Shown piece after piece: positions 1 through 9,236 of a DNA stretch of 64,000 nt (position 1 is the first letter of the stretch; each line of letters begins with the position of its first letter). Where the stretch lies: NCBI GenBank assembly GCA_964483825.1, contig CAZADD010000001.1, positions 2,491 to 66,490 on the forward strand. Direction: 5' to 3'. Position numbers and translations under genes: made by a program. The notes below the pieces were generated by a model. That model did not search any database, was not told the DNA's origin, and saw only the letters and a program-made list of their open reading frames with translations. This stretch comes from an uncultured Oscillospiraceae bacterium. Lineage in GTDB: Bacteria > Bacillota > Clostridia > Christensenellales > CAG-314.

Positions 1-1
1 C

Positions 2-124
2 GTATCGGCGGAGTTGCCCGAAGCGGCAGTGTTGGCGCAAATGCTTGAACCCTACTTCAATGTCGACGTAGTTGTTTCGAACAACGAAACTTATATTGTT
101 TCCGGCGTGCGCAAAGTGTTTTGA
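2..124 (+). CDS. 3' end of a gene running in from the left edge, possibly a class I SAM-dependent methyltransferase
   Basis: Frame 2 is open from the edge to TGA at 122-124 (VSAELPEAAVLAQMLEPYFNVDVVVSNNETYIVSGVRKVF). It resembles methyltransferase C-termini, but only 40 codons are visible. Confidence 0.4.
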   Translation, partial: VSAELPEAAVLAQMLEPYFNVDVVVSNNETYIVSGVRKVF

Positions 125-216
125 TTTTTGTACCGATGTATCGATATAAAATGTCAAAAAGCTTGAAAAAATAACGTTTTTGCGCAGTAAAAAAATAATG
201 TAACAGAGGTTGACTA

Positions 217-1497
217 ATGTTGAATTGGCTAAAATATTTTGGACTTAATTTTTTCAGTAAAAAGTACGCCGACGAAAGTAAAGATCGTTCGTTAGGGAAC
301 GGCGTTTTGGCGTTATTTATCGCAACCATCATCTTGTTTGTGGCATTCTGTGGTATGTCCAAAGTAACCTTTTCCGTTCGCTACGGCAATTCGGCATCGT
401 TTAAGGAATATTATCATGGATTGTTCGATGGGGACCATGCAATTTCAATTGCAGTGGAAAAAGGCAATGCAAGTTATGCCGTTGACGGCAACAATGCCGT
501 TATCAATTCTTTCGTTAACGATGCTGACAACGTCTACGCACGAAACGGCTACAATTTGGTTGTGGATATGCGTGACGGCAAGACGCTGTACGACGATTGT
601 ACGGTTGAATTTGTGAACAAACAAAATGCGTCGGACATCGTTTCTTACGAAAACTATCAGGCTCTTGAAGATTCACAAAAGGAAAATTATTCTGCCAAAC
701 TAACATTGATGGGAAAAGTGAAGGAGTTTTCTGCCTGGAGCGTGAAAGAGTACGTTTCGTTTGTTAACGAACACGGCGACGACAGTGCAAAACAAACACT
801 TGGTACTCTTCAAAACGACGGAGTTGTTTCGGAAGATAACTACGGCGCAACATACGAGTTGTACTACAAAACCAAGTACGGCGCTTTGGGAAACAGTTTC
901 ACGTCTGCGCCCACTATGCGAGATTACTACATTACAACATATCTTGCCACCGATGATAGCGGAAAAAGTGTCTACAAAAACTACGTTATTTTGCTTAGCG
1001 ACATTGTCTTAATGAATTGGACTGCGGACGACGGTCACATTATGTCCGTAACCGGCTACTACGGCGACAATGCTCTCACGGTGAATTCGGCAGACAGTGC
1101 CGATCAACTTATGGCGGATTTGTACGATGCCAACACGCTTTCGGTTGCAATTAACTACTTTTTGTTTGTTGTGCGTGCCGTTTTGGGACTGTGTGTAGTG
1201 TGGCTGTTATTGACGGCGTTGCTTGCAATCGTGGGGTATCTTTTCAAAATAAACGCACTTGGCTTTGGCGCAGTAGGCAAAACAATGGGTGCATTTTGGC
1301 TTGGTAGTATGCTTCCTGCGTTGTTGTTTGTGTTGGTGACCTCGTCATTGCTGACGCAAACACAAGTGTTTTACGTTGCCATTGCAATTTGGCTTGTTAC
1401 CGACATTGTAAGAACGCTTGTGCATTGTGTTCATTGCGTTGTGCAAGAACTAAAAGCAAGAAAAAGCGATGTCGCCGAGTCAATCGATAAAAAATAG
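217..1497 (+). CDS. Hypothetical membrane protein with one N-terminal TM, a ~260-aa soluble loop and 3-4 C-terminal TMs; topology reminiscent of MalA/YvdJ (DUF1189)
   Basis: 426-aa ORF with GAGG RBS at ~206. Hydrophobic segments GVLALFIATIILFVAFCGM and C-terminal helices. Family guess rests on topology and context only. Confidence 0.75.
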   Translation: MLNWLKYFGLNFFSKKYADESKDRSLGNGVLALFIATIILFVAFCGMSKVTFSVRYGNSASFKEYYHGLFDGDHAISIAVEKGNASYAVDGNNAVINSFVNDADNVYARNGYNLVVDMRDGKTLYDDCTVEFVNKQNASDIVSYENYQALEDSQKENYSAKLTLMGKVKEFSAWSVKEYVSFVNEHGDDSAKQTLGTLQNDGVVSEDNYGATYELYYKTKYGALGNSFTSAPTMRDYYITTYLATDDSGKSVYKNYVILLSDIVLMNWTADDGHIMSVTGYYGDNALTVNSADSADQLMADLYDANTLSVAINYFLFVVRAVLGLCVVWLLLTALLAIVGYLFKINALGFGAVGKTMGAFWLGSMLPALLFVLVTSSLLTQTQVFYVAIAIWLVTDIVRTLVHCVHCVVQELKARKSDVAESIDKK

Positions 1498-2573
1498 CGG
1501 TGCAAGCGTTTATTTGAACATAAGCGTGCGGTTTGTAGCGCAACGTTTTTGGAAAATTTGACAGCGTTGCGATTTTTAAAAGCATCGAACGTTGTGTTTG
1601 TGCGATGAAAAAGGAAAATGCACGGACAACAAACGGATTGTATGCTTTGGGGCGCTCTAAACGAAACTGTTTTCGTACCGATGCGGTTCAATTTGTCATG
1701 TGTTGAAAAAATGCTAAAGATGCAGTCGAGTTATTTTTTATAGTTTGCTGGGGCAGTAAAATAATGGATTGCGTTGAAATTTTGTGATTCGGTTATAGCA
1801 AGGCGTGCAGTTTGCATGGATTATTGTGCAAACAACCGCTTTTTACTTAACGGTTGCAGTTTTTGCCGTTGTTGTGCACAACGCTTTTCTGCATTTTGTG
1901 GATGCACTAGTCGTGATAAAATCTTTGTCAAACATTGGCGTACGAAGTTAAATTTAGACGAAAACGTTTTGTAATAGATAGTTTTTTGCTGTTCTGCAAG
2001 GTGTTTTGCAGAACATTTTTTTCGCTATTTTAACAAATTTCATGTTTTAGCGAAGTCTCCTGCCACCCAAAATTCAAAACGAAAAAATATTTATTGCCGA
2101 CCACAAAGCGACAAGATGGGGCCGGGGACGTTTTGTTACCTATCAAAAATTCTGTTTCTTGGTGTGACGGCGTTTGAAAATTGTTTTAGCGTGTTTGTTG
2201 CGAGCGTCGCCGTTTGTCCCAAAATTCTTGCAACAAAAAGCAGGTTGGTACGAAAAAGCGGCATTTTGTTGTTGAATAGCTGTCGCAAAATATATTTTTT
2301 CAGAGACACCCTTTCTGCATTGGAAGCGAACCGCTGTTTTGACAGAGAACCAGCGGCATAAGACTGTTTCGTGGTTATCTTAAAGCATGTTTTGGGCACG
2401 TAGGAATCGAACTATTTTTTTTGTTTGTCGTGGGCAAGTACAAAATTGTTTTGTGTAGTTATCGAAAAGTATATTTTCTGCCACCGCCTTTGCCGCATGC
2501 GACAGGAATTGTTTGCAAAATACTTTGCGACAAAAAAATCGTTAAAAAATTCAAAAAAAATCAAAAATGGGTA

Positions 2574-2602
2574 TTGACATTGCGAAAAAGTGGGCTTATA
2601 AT
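2574..2602 (+). promoter_or_regulatory. sigma-A promoter of the SusE/F-like lipoprotein gene
   Basis: TTGACA (2574-2579), 17 bp, TATAAT (2597-2602). Followed by inverted repeat AATTTGGTT..AACCAAATT around near-palindrome TTAATCAATTAA (possible operator). Confidence 0.8.
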
Positions 2603-2729
2603 TTGGTTAATCAATTAAGCAAACCAAATTTTGTGCATTTTTTGCGGTATTTGCCAAATTCATTGCCTCAAATTGTGCTTAGATTTTCACGTGGCTTTGC
2701 TGATTGAACAAAAATCAGGAGGAAGTAAG

Positions 2730-5162
2730 ATGAAAAAGAAACTATTGTCTGTTTTGTTGGCGGTGTTGCTTGTAGCGTCTGCTTTTGCAATCGTTGCTTG
2801 CGACAACACTGTGAAACACACGGTAACGTTCTGCGACGGCAAAAACGTCATCAAAGAAGTCAAGGTAGAGGACGGCAAAACAGTGGAAGAATTTACGCCG
2901 GAAAAAGAAGGCGGCTACCAATTCATAAATTGGTTTTCCACTCCCAGCTACACACACCTTTTCGATTTTTCAAAACCGATAACGGAAGACGTTAGTGTGT
3001 TTGCCGGTTTCACTCTTTTCACAGACGACACACGTGAATTTTACGTTGTGGGTAGTGGCACAAGCGAATTGCTTATCAGTTCGGATTGGGGCAAAAACAT
3101 CACCGAAAGCCACAAGCTGACGAAAGTGGAAGGCAAAAACGAGTACACAATCACCATGGACTTGTTGGAAGGAGACGAATTCCAATTTGCAATCAGCACC
3201 AAGTGGGAAAACAAGCGTGGCTACGGTTATCTTGTTAGCGATTCTTTGGATAATGGCACCAAAGTGTTCAGCGGTGAAGGCGGCGGCTTGGGCGAAGTGA
3301 CGGCAAAGGGCCGCAACATCAAAGTGGCGTTGTCCGGTAACTACACGCTCACGTTGAAAACCTATCCCAACGAAGATACCTACAACACAAATGACACAAC
3401 CTACACCGACGCAAACAAAGAAGTGTACAACGTTGGTACCTTTGATACAATCGAATTCGTTCGCAACGGCGATCCGCATGTAACAAAAGTTGTTGTCACC
3501 AACTACTACATCAAAGGTTCCCAAATCACCAACTGGGCCGATATGTACAACGCTGCAACAACCATGGTTCAAAACGGCGACGTGTACACATTGAATACCT
3601 ATTTGAAGGCCGGCGACGAATTTATGTTCGCATCCTACAATTCGGCAGCCGACGGTGTAACTGCAGGTTCCGTTTATATCAAATCCAACGTGTTGGATGC
3701 TGCTTCCCGTGAAGTGGTGGACGGCTATTCCGAAAACGGCGGCAACATGAAGGCTAAAACCAGCGGTATGCACACTTTCTCGTACAACAAAGCAAGCGAC
3801 GTGCTCACCGTAACGGTAGACGCAACCAAGTCTATGCCCGTGTACGACTACTATTTGGACGGCAAAACGGCAGCAGGCCTCAATTGGAAAGAAGCAGACC
3901 TTGCAAACAACAAACTTGTGGAAACCGAAGCAGGTAGCGGCATTTTCCAAATTAACGACGTTGAATTGGCAGTTGGCGACGAAATTCTTATCCGTTCTTT
4001 CGAACAAGGCACAACACCAACATATGCAAGCAAACTTTCCGACTACAACGCGCCCTATTTGCTTTCGAAACTTGCAGCAACGGAAACTTTCTCTGCAGTG
4101 TCGGCAAGCAACGCAAATATCAAAGTGTTGGCAGCAGGCACCTACAACATTTCCTTCAATGCCTACACAAAGATGATCACTATTGCATCGGCCGAATCGG
4201 AAGCAATGGCTTTCGTGAAAGGTAGCGGCATCGAAAGTTGGGGTAACAAACCTGCCAGCGGCAAAATGACGGAAGTTGACGGCAAATTCGAACTTAATCT
4301 CACAATGGCAGTTAACGACGAGATTATGATTCAGTACTTTGCTCCAGGAGACGAAACGAACGACGGCACGGCAGTTGTGGCCAAAAACGTTGTTGCTGGC
4401 GAACTTAATTCCAACTTCAATCTTACCGGCAATAATATCAAATGCACCGTTGCAGGCACCTACAAAATCGTCTTTGATCCTGCAAAAAATGAAATTTCCA
4501 TTTCAGCCGGTCAAGAGCAAGCCGTTGCAAGAGCATTTGTAAAGGGCAATGCAATCGGTAGCACAACATGGGAAAATCAACCTGCCAGCGGCAAAATGAC
4601 GGAAGTGGACGGCAAATTTGAAATTGCTATCGAAATGGCTGTTAACGACGAAATCATGATTCAATATTTCTCCGCAACGGAAACTTCCGAATGGGGTGTT
4701 TCCTACAAAGCATCCGATGTTGCAGAAGGAAGTGCAAACGATCACTTTGAGCTTGGTGGCGGCAATATCAAGTGCACAACGGCAGGCGCTTACAAAATCG
4801 TTTTGGACGTTGCAAACGGCAAAATTTACATCACGGAAGTTTTTGCAAGAGCATTCGTAAAAGGTAACGCAATCGGTAGCACAACGTGGGAAAATCAACC
4901 TGAAAGCGGCAAAATGACGGAAGTGGACGGCAAGTTTGAAATAACTCTCACCATTGCCGTGGACGACCAATTGATGATTCAATATTTTGCAGCAACGGAC
5001 ATCACCCAATGGGGCGACGCATTTAATGCATCCAAAGTTGTAGCAGGTGGCGCAAGCGCAAACTTCGATCTTACAAGCGGCAACATCAAATGCACCGTTG
5101 CAGGCACCTATAAACTTACGTTTGATCCTGCCACGGGAACAATTACTATTACAGCAGCTTAA
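2730..5162 (+). CDS. Surface lipoprotein with an InlB B-repeat and six SusE/SusF-like (X25-type) putative starch-binding modules
   Basis: AGGAGG RBS then ATG 2730. Signal peptide ending IVA-C. B-repeat (HTVTFCDG..EKEGGYQFINWFS..FDFSKPITEDVSVFA). Six modules with [YF][VIL]xG..W..GDE[FI]..N[IM]K..G.Y.[IL].F[DN]. Lies next to the GH13/Mal ABC genes. 810 aa. Confidence 0.8.
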   Translation: MKKKLLSVLLAVLLVASAFAIVACDNTVKHTVTFCDGKNVIKEVKVEDGKTVEEFTPEKEGGYQFINWFSTPSYTHLFDFSKPITEDVSVFAGFTLFTDDTREFYVVGSGTSELLISSDWGKNITESHKLTKVEGKNEYTITMDLLEGDEFQFAISTKWENKRGYGYLVSDSLDNGTKVFSGEGGGLGEVTAKGRNIKVALSGNYTLTLKTYPNEDTYNTNDTTYTDANKEVYNVGTFDTIEFVRNGDPHVTKVVVTNYYIKGSQITNWADMYNAATTMVQNGDVYTLNTYLKAGDEFMFASYNSAADGVTAGSVYIKSNVLDAASREVVDGYSENGGNMKAKTSGMHTFSYNKASDVLTVTVDATKSMPVYDYYLDGKTAAGLNWKEADLANNKLVETEAGSGIFQINDVELAVGDEILIRSFEQGTTPTYASKLSDYNAPYLLSKLAATETFSAVSASNANIKVLAAGTYNISFNAYTKMITIASAESEAMAFVKGSGIESWGNKPASGKMTEVDGKFELNLTMAVNDEIMIQYFAPGDETNDGTAVVAKNVVAGELNSNFNLTGNNIKCTVAGTYKIVFDPAKNEISISAGQEQAVARAFVKGNAIGSTTWENQPASGKMTEVDGKFEIAIEMAVNDEIMIQYFSATETSEWGVSYKASDVAEGSANDHFELGGGNIKCTTAGAYKIVLDVANGKIYITEVFARAFVKGNAIGSTTWENQPESGKMTEVDGKFEITLTIAVDDQLMIQYFAATDITQWGDAFNASKVVAGGASANFDLTSGNIKCTVAGTYKLTFDPATGTITITAA

Positions 5163-5235
5163 CTGTAAAATCCAGCGTTAATTTGCGGTGACAAGTTTTT
5201 TTCTCCTTGTGATGCAAAATGCAAATTAACAAAAA

Positions 5236-5262
5236 AACTCCGCCGAGAATATCGGCGGAGTT
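5236..5262. terminator. Probable bidirectional intrinsic terminator
   Basis: AACTCCGCCGA-gaata-TCGGCGGAGTT, preceded by an A-run, between convergent genes. Confidence 0.7.
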
Positions 5263-5274
5263 GATTGGATTTTT

Positions 5275-6072
5275 TCATATTTTCACAAAGTGTGCACTGT
5301 CTTCGACTTCGGCACGGTCTACTGCGTTTTCCACGCATTGGATAACCGCCGCCAACTTGTCCGTTTTGGTTTGACACAAGTTCAAAGCCCGTTTTTGCAA
5401 CAGTTCCGCCAAAACGTAGTCGGTTACGACAATATTGCCTTGTGGCAAGTTTTCCACATCGGCAAATGTGCTCACAAAAACGGTGTTCATCTCGTTGCAA
5501 ATTTCTTGGCGCAGCACAGCGTCGGAAGGGTACAAAGCCACATAGGTGAAGCCGTCCGCAAAAGTTTGGGATGCTTTTGCCTTGACAGTGGCGTAGTCGG
5601 TTGTGACCTGATAAAACACAGCGTCGTTCAACAATGCGTCCACGGCAACCAACGGAATGAAGTTTTCGTTTGCCAAGGCGTAGAATTCTTCTTTTTCCAA
5701 TCCAATGCACACGCAAGCGGTGGCGGCCAATCTTTTTGGGGTCGTTTCAGCCGAAAAATGTACCGCATACCCCTTTTGGGAAAACACGGATGTCAGTTCT
5801 TTTAGTATTGCAACTGTTTCGGCGTTTGCTAGCACCGAATTGTTTGCGGAAGTTCTCACGACAATATCTTTAATGCTGGTTTTGATGGCGGTGGCATGCG
5901 GATTGGGCACGTAACCCAAAAGGTTGATTGCGTGCAAAACTTTTTTCCGTGTTTCTTCCGGTATCCGTTTGTCCGTTCTGCCGTTAACCACGTAGGATAC
6001 GGTTGCAACGGATACGCCGACAAACTCAGCAACGTCTTTGTTTGTGATTTTTTTAGATTTTACGTTTGACAT
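5275..6072 (-). CDS. LacI-family transcriptional regulator
   Basis: N-terminal ITNKDVAEFVGVSVATVSYVVNG..ETRKKVLHAINLLGYVPN is a LacI HTH. Start re-called to ATG 6072 (265 aa). Confidence 0.9.
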   Translation of the reverse strand: MSNVKSKKITNKDVAEFVGVSVATVSYVVNGRTDKRIPEETRKKVLHAINLLGYVPNPHATAIKTSIKDIVVRTSANNSVLANAETVAILKELTSVFSQKGYAVHFSAETTPKRLAATACVCIGLEKEEFYALANENFIPLVAVDALLNDAVFYQVTTDYATVKAKASQTFADGFTYVALYPSDAVLRQEICNEMNTVFVSTFADVENLPQGNIVVTDYVLAELLQKRALNLCQTKTDKLAAVIQCVENAVDRAEVEDSAHFVKI

Positions 6073-6082
6073 AACTTCGAAA

Positions 6083-6111
6083 ATTATAACACTTTCGAAA
6101 GTTGATGTCAA
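6083..6111 (-). promoter_or_regulatory. lacI-family promoter with a palindromic operator candidate in the spacer
   Basis: - strand TTGACA (6111-6106), 17 bp, TATAAT (6088-6083). Perfect palindrome ACTTTCGAAAGT at 6091-6102. Confidence 0.75.
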
Positions 6112-6119
6112 GGAGTGAT

Positions 6120-7817
6120 ATGAACAAGAAAGCCATTCTACACGTAGCAGATAGTCAATATTGCTACGCAATTAACAAAAATACCGTGGAAATTTTGCTT
6201 CGAACGGACAAGGACGACAAGTTCGACGAAGTGAGTGTTATCTACGGCAACAAATACGACTACTACAAGAAACAACTGCAAGCACAAATGAAGTTGCGTT
6301 TTACCGACGAAAATTTCAGCTACTATTTTCTTCGTTTGCAACTTGCCGATGTTCGTTTCGTTTACATATTCAAACTTATGCAAGGAAAACAAACGGTGTA
6401 TTTCTGCGAAGACGGAGCAGTGGACACCTACGATTTTTCCGTTGCCTACTTCAATTCCTTTCAATTGCCCTATATCAACAGTGCCGACATCGTTCCCACT
6501 GTGAATTGGCTAACCAACGCCGTGTTTTATCAAATTTTTGTGGATAGATTTTGTTGCGGCAACACGGAAAAGGGCATGTCCTACGTCAACTTGAAGTGGG
6601 GCGAAATTCCCACCCCCAAAAGTTTTGCCGGCGGAGATATTGCCGGGATAATTTCCAAACTGGATTATTTGCAAAAATTGGGGGTTACGGCGCTGTATCT
6701 TACGCCGGTGTTCAAGTCGAAATCCAACCACAAGTACGACATTAGCGACTACTACCGTATCGACCCGCATTTCGGAACGGAAAGTCAGTTTAAGTTGCTT
6801 GTGGACCAAGCGCACCAACGCGGAATAAAAGTGGTGTTGGATGCCGTGTTCAACCATTGCAGTGAAGATTTGGCACAGTTCCGTGACGTTGTGCAAAATG
6901 GGCGCAATTCCAAATATTTCGATTGGTTCATTATCGACGGCGACACGGTGGATACAAAACGAGGCAACTACGAGTATTTCGGCGTGTGCAAGTACATGCC
7001 AAAATTCAACACTTCGTGCGAAAGTTTGCAACAGTATCTTATCGGTGTTGCCACCTACTGGATAGAAAACTACGGTATCGACGGTTGGAGACTGGATGTT
7101 TCCGACGAAGTTTCCCACGACTTTTGGCGCAAGTTCCGCACGGCGGTGAAAAAAGTCAAAAGCGACGCCGTGCTGTTGGGTGAAAATTGGCACGATGCCT
7201 ATCCGTATTTGCGTGGAGACGAGTACGACGGAATAATGAACTACGCCGTCACCAAGGCGTTGATGGACTACTTTGTGTCCGAAAAATTGGATTCCGACGG
7301 GCTTGCAAAGCGTTTTTCGGCACTGTTTGTGCGCAACAAACTGCAAATAAACCGCATGATGCTCAATTTGTTGGACAGCCACGACACGCACAGATTTTTC
7401 ACTCTTGTAAACGGGGACGAAAGCAAACTAGCGGCTGCACTGGCAATAATTTTTTGTCATTGCGGTGCGGTGTGCGTCTACTACGGAACGGAGGTGCCGC
7501 TGGCCGGCGGACACGATCCCGATTGTCGCAGAACCATGGATTGGTCGGTGGAGCAACATCCCACGCCGACGGGTAAATTGATAGCACGGCTGGCGGAACT
7601 TAAAAAGGACGCTATTTTCGCCGACGGAGAAACGGACTATCGCAGCGACAACTGTAAATTTATTTTGGAAAGAAGGTTGGGCGGCAGGATCGTGCGCCTA
7701 ACGGTAAGCAAAAATTCAACGGAATTTCAACCTAGCGGCAAAATTTTGTTATCCAACGGGTACGGTGACGGCAAAATTTGCGGCGTGGGATTTGTAATTG
7801 AGGAGGTGACGTTGTGA
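6120..7817 (+). CDS. GH13 neopullulanase / cyclomaltodextrinase (cytoplasmic)
   Basis: AAGGAG RBS. N-terminal CBM34-like domain, FYQIFVDRF, and GH13 regions DAVFNH, GWRLDVSDE, GENW, LLDSHD, YYGTE, DPDCRR. No signal peptide. Confidence 0.93.
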   Translation: MNKKAILHVADSQYCYAINKNTVEILLRTDKDDKFDEVSVIYGNKYDYYKKQLQAQMKLRFTDENFSYYFLRLQLADVRFVYIFKLMQGKQTVYFCEDGAVDTYDFSVAYFNSFQLPYINSADIVPTVNWLTNAVFYQIFVDRFCCGNTEKGMSYVNLKWGEIPTPKSFAGGDIAGIISKLDYLQKLGVTALYLTPVFKSKSNHKYDISDYYRIDPHFGTESQFKLLVDQAHQRGIKVVLDAVFNHCSEDLAQFRDVVQNGRNSKYFDWFIIDGDTVDTKRGNYEYFGVCKYMPKFNTSCESLQQYLIGVATYWIENYGIDGWRLDVSDEVSHDFWRKFRTAVKKVKSDAVLLGENWHDAYPYLRGDEYDGIMNYAVTKALMDYFVSEKLDSDGLAKRFSALFVRNKLQINRMMLNLLDSHDTHRFFTLVNGDESKLAAALAIIFCHCGAVCVYYGTEVPLAGGHDPDCRRTMDWSVEQHPTPTGKLIARLAELKKDAIFADGETDYRSDNCKFILERRLGGRIVRLTVSKNSTEFQPSGKILLSNGYGDGKICGVGFVIEEVTL

Positions 7818-9226
7818 AAAATGTTATAGCAGCCATTTCCATTCACTTGGTGGTGATAATTGCTATTATCGTCACGCTGGGGTGCTTTTCGGGCACGCAG
7901 GCACAAGACGGTGCAAACAAGTTTACCGGTGAATTGGAAAAAAATGCGGTTATTCGTGTGTTGGAAAACGACACGGCCATCAAACAAGGGTATTTGAAAG
8001 AGCTGTTGGATGCTTTCAATGCCAAGTACGCAGAGTACGGCATAACGGCAGTTGATGCCAACATGGACGAGTACAGCGATTTGGAACAAGACGGCCCCTA
8101 CGGCTACGGCCCGGACGTGCTGTATCAAGCAAACGACAGATTGATGCACTATGTTTCGGGAAAACACGTGATGCCATTGCCTGTGGAACAGTTGGATTGT
8201 TATCAACAGGTGGGTGAACGTGCATGGAAGGCGTACCAAAGCCAGTACGGTTCGGAAACGTACACGTTCGGCGTGCCTGTGAATATTCAAGGTCCGTTGC
8301 TGTACTATCGCAAGGACTTGTTGCCGAAAGATTGGCAAACGAAATGGGACAATGACCAAAACGGTGTTCCGGATATGTTGGAAAGTTGGAACGCATTGTA
8401 CAAGTATTCGCTTACGTTACGCAACGGTGGCAGTTACGGCTACATGAAATCGTTGTTCGACCCCTATTTTGCCGTTGGCTACTTGTACAGCTACGGCGGA
8501 TACACTTTCGGCAACGACAATACCGATCCGACGGATATCGGTCACAGCAAGGGCGAAAGTTACAAGGGTGCAAGCGTGATAAGACAACTTGCAAGTAGCA
8601 TGAACGAGTGGTGTATCGACGACACGATAACCGTCAACGCTTATTCAAGATTGGCAAAAGGCGACTATTTTGCCACAATGACAACGCCGGACGTGTACAC
8701 GATGTTCATTGACGAAATGATCAACGAAGGGCACACGCGCGAATTTGCCGAAGAAAATTTGATTGCAACCTACGTGCCCAAACTGCCGGCATCCGGCGAT
8801 TTGTCCGAGGAAAATCCCGAACTTATCGATTCCAAAATGATGGGCGGCGTGAACGGCTATGCAATTTCCAGCTACACCAAGTACCCCAATGCGTGCCTTG
8901 CATTTATCAATTTTGCAACCGGTTACGAAATGATCTATCTTCGCAACCAAATGTTGGGTATCGCACCCGCCCGCACCGACGTGGCAAAAGTGGCCGGCGG
9001 CTTATCGGTGGTTATCAACGACAACTTCGAGGCGGGCAATATCGTCGTTATGCCTTCCATCAAGGAAAACGCACAAATGTGGACGCCGTTGCAATCGTTG
9101 TTCACGGATATAGCAAAAGACCCCTACCGCAAGGACGGTTACAAGTACGATACGGTGCAAAAACTTCAAGCGGCGTTGGAACTTGTTGACCAACAAATAT
9201 ACGACGCGATATTCACGTTGCAATAA
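7814..9226 (+). CDS. Maltose/maltodextrin ABC transporter solute-binding lipoprotein (MalE/MalX-like)
   Basis: GTG start overlapping the upstream TGA, AGGAGG RBS, lipobox TLGC. Motifs DGPYGYGPDV, LLYYRKDLL, GVNGYAISSY, MPSIKENAQMW. Confidence 0.88.
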   Translation: MKNVIAAISIHLVVIIAIIVTLGCFSGTQAQDGANKFTGELEKNAVIRVLENDTAIKQGYLKELLDAFNAKYAEYGITAVDANMDEYSDLEQDGPYGYGPDVLYQANDRLMHYVSGKHVMPLPVEQLDCYQQVGERAWKAYQSQYGSETYTFGVPVNIQGPLLYYRKDLLPKDWQTKWDNDQNGVPDMLESWNALYKYSLTLRNGGSYGYMKSLFDPYFAVGYLYSYGGYTFGNDNTDPTDIGHSKGESYKGASVIRQLASSMNEWCIDDTITVNAYSRLAKGDYFATMTTPDVYTMFIDEMINEGHTREFAEENLIATYVPKLPASGDLSEENPELIDSKMMGGVNGYAISSYTKYPNACLAFINFATGYEMIYLRNQMLGIAPARTDVAKVAGGLSVVINDNFEAGNIVVMPSIKENAQMWTPLQSLFTDIAKDPYRKDGYKYDTVQKLQAALELVDQQIYDAIFTLQ

Positions 9227-9236
9227 GAGGTGGAAC

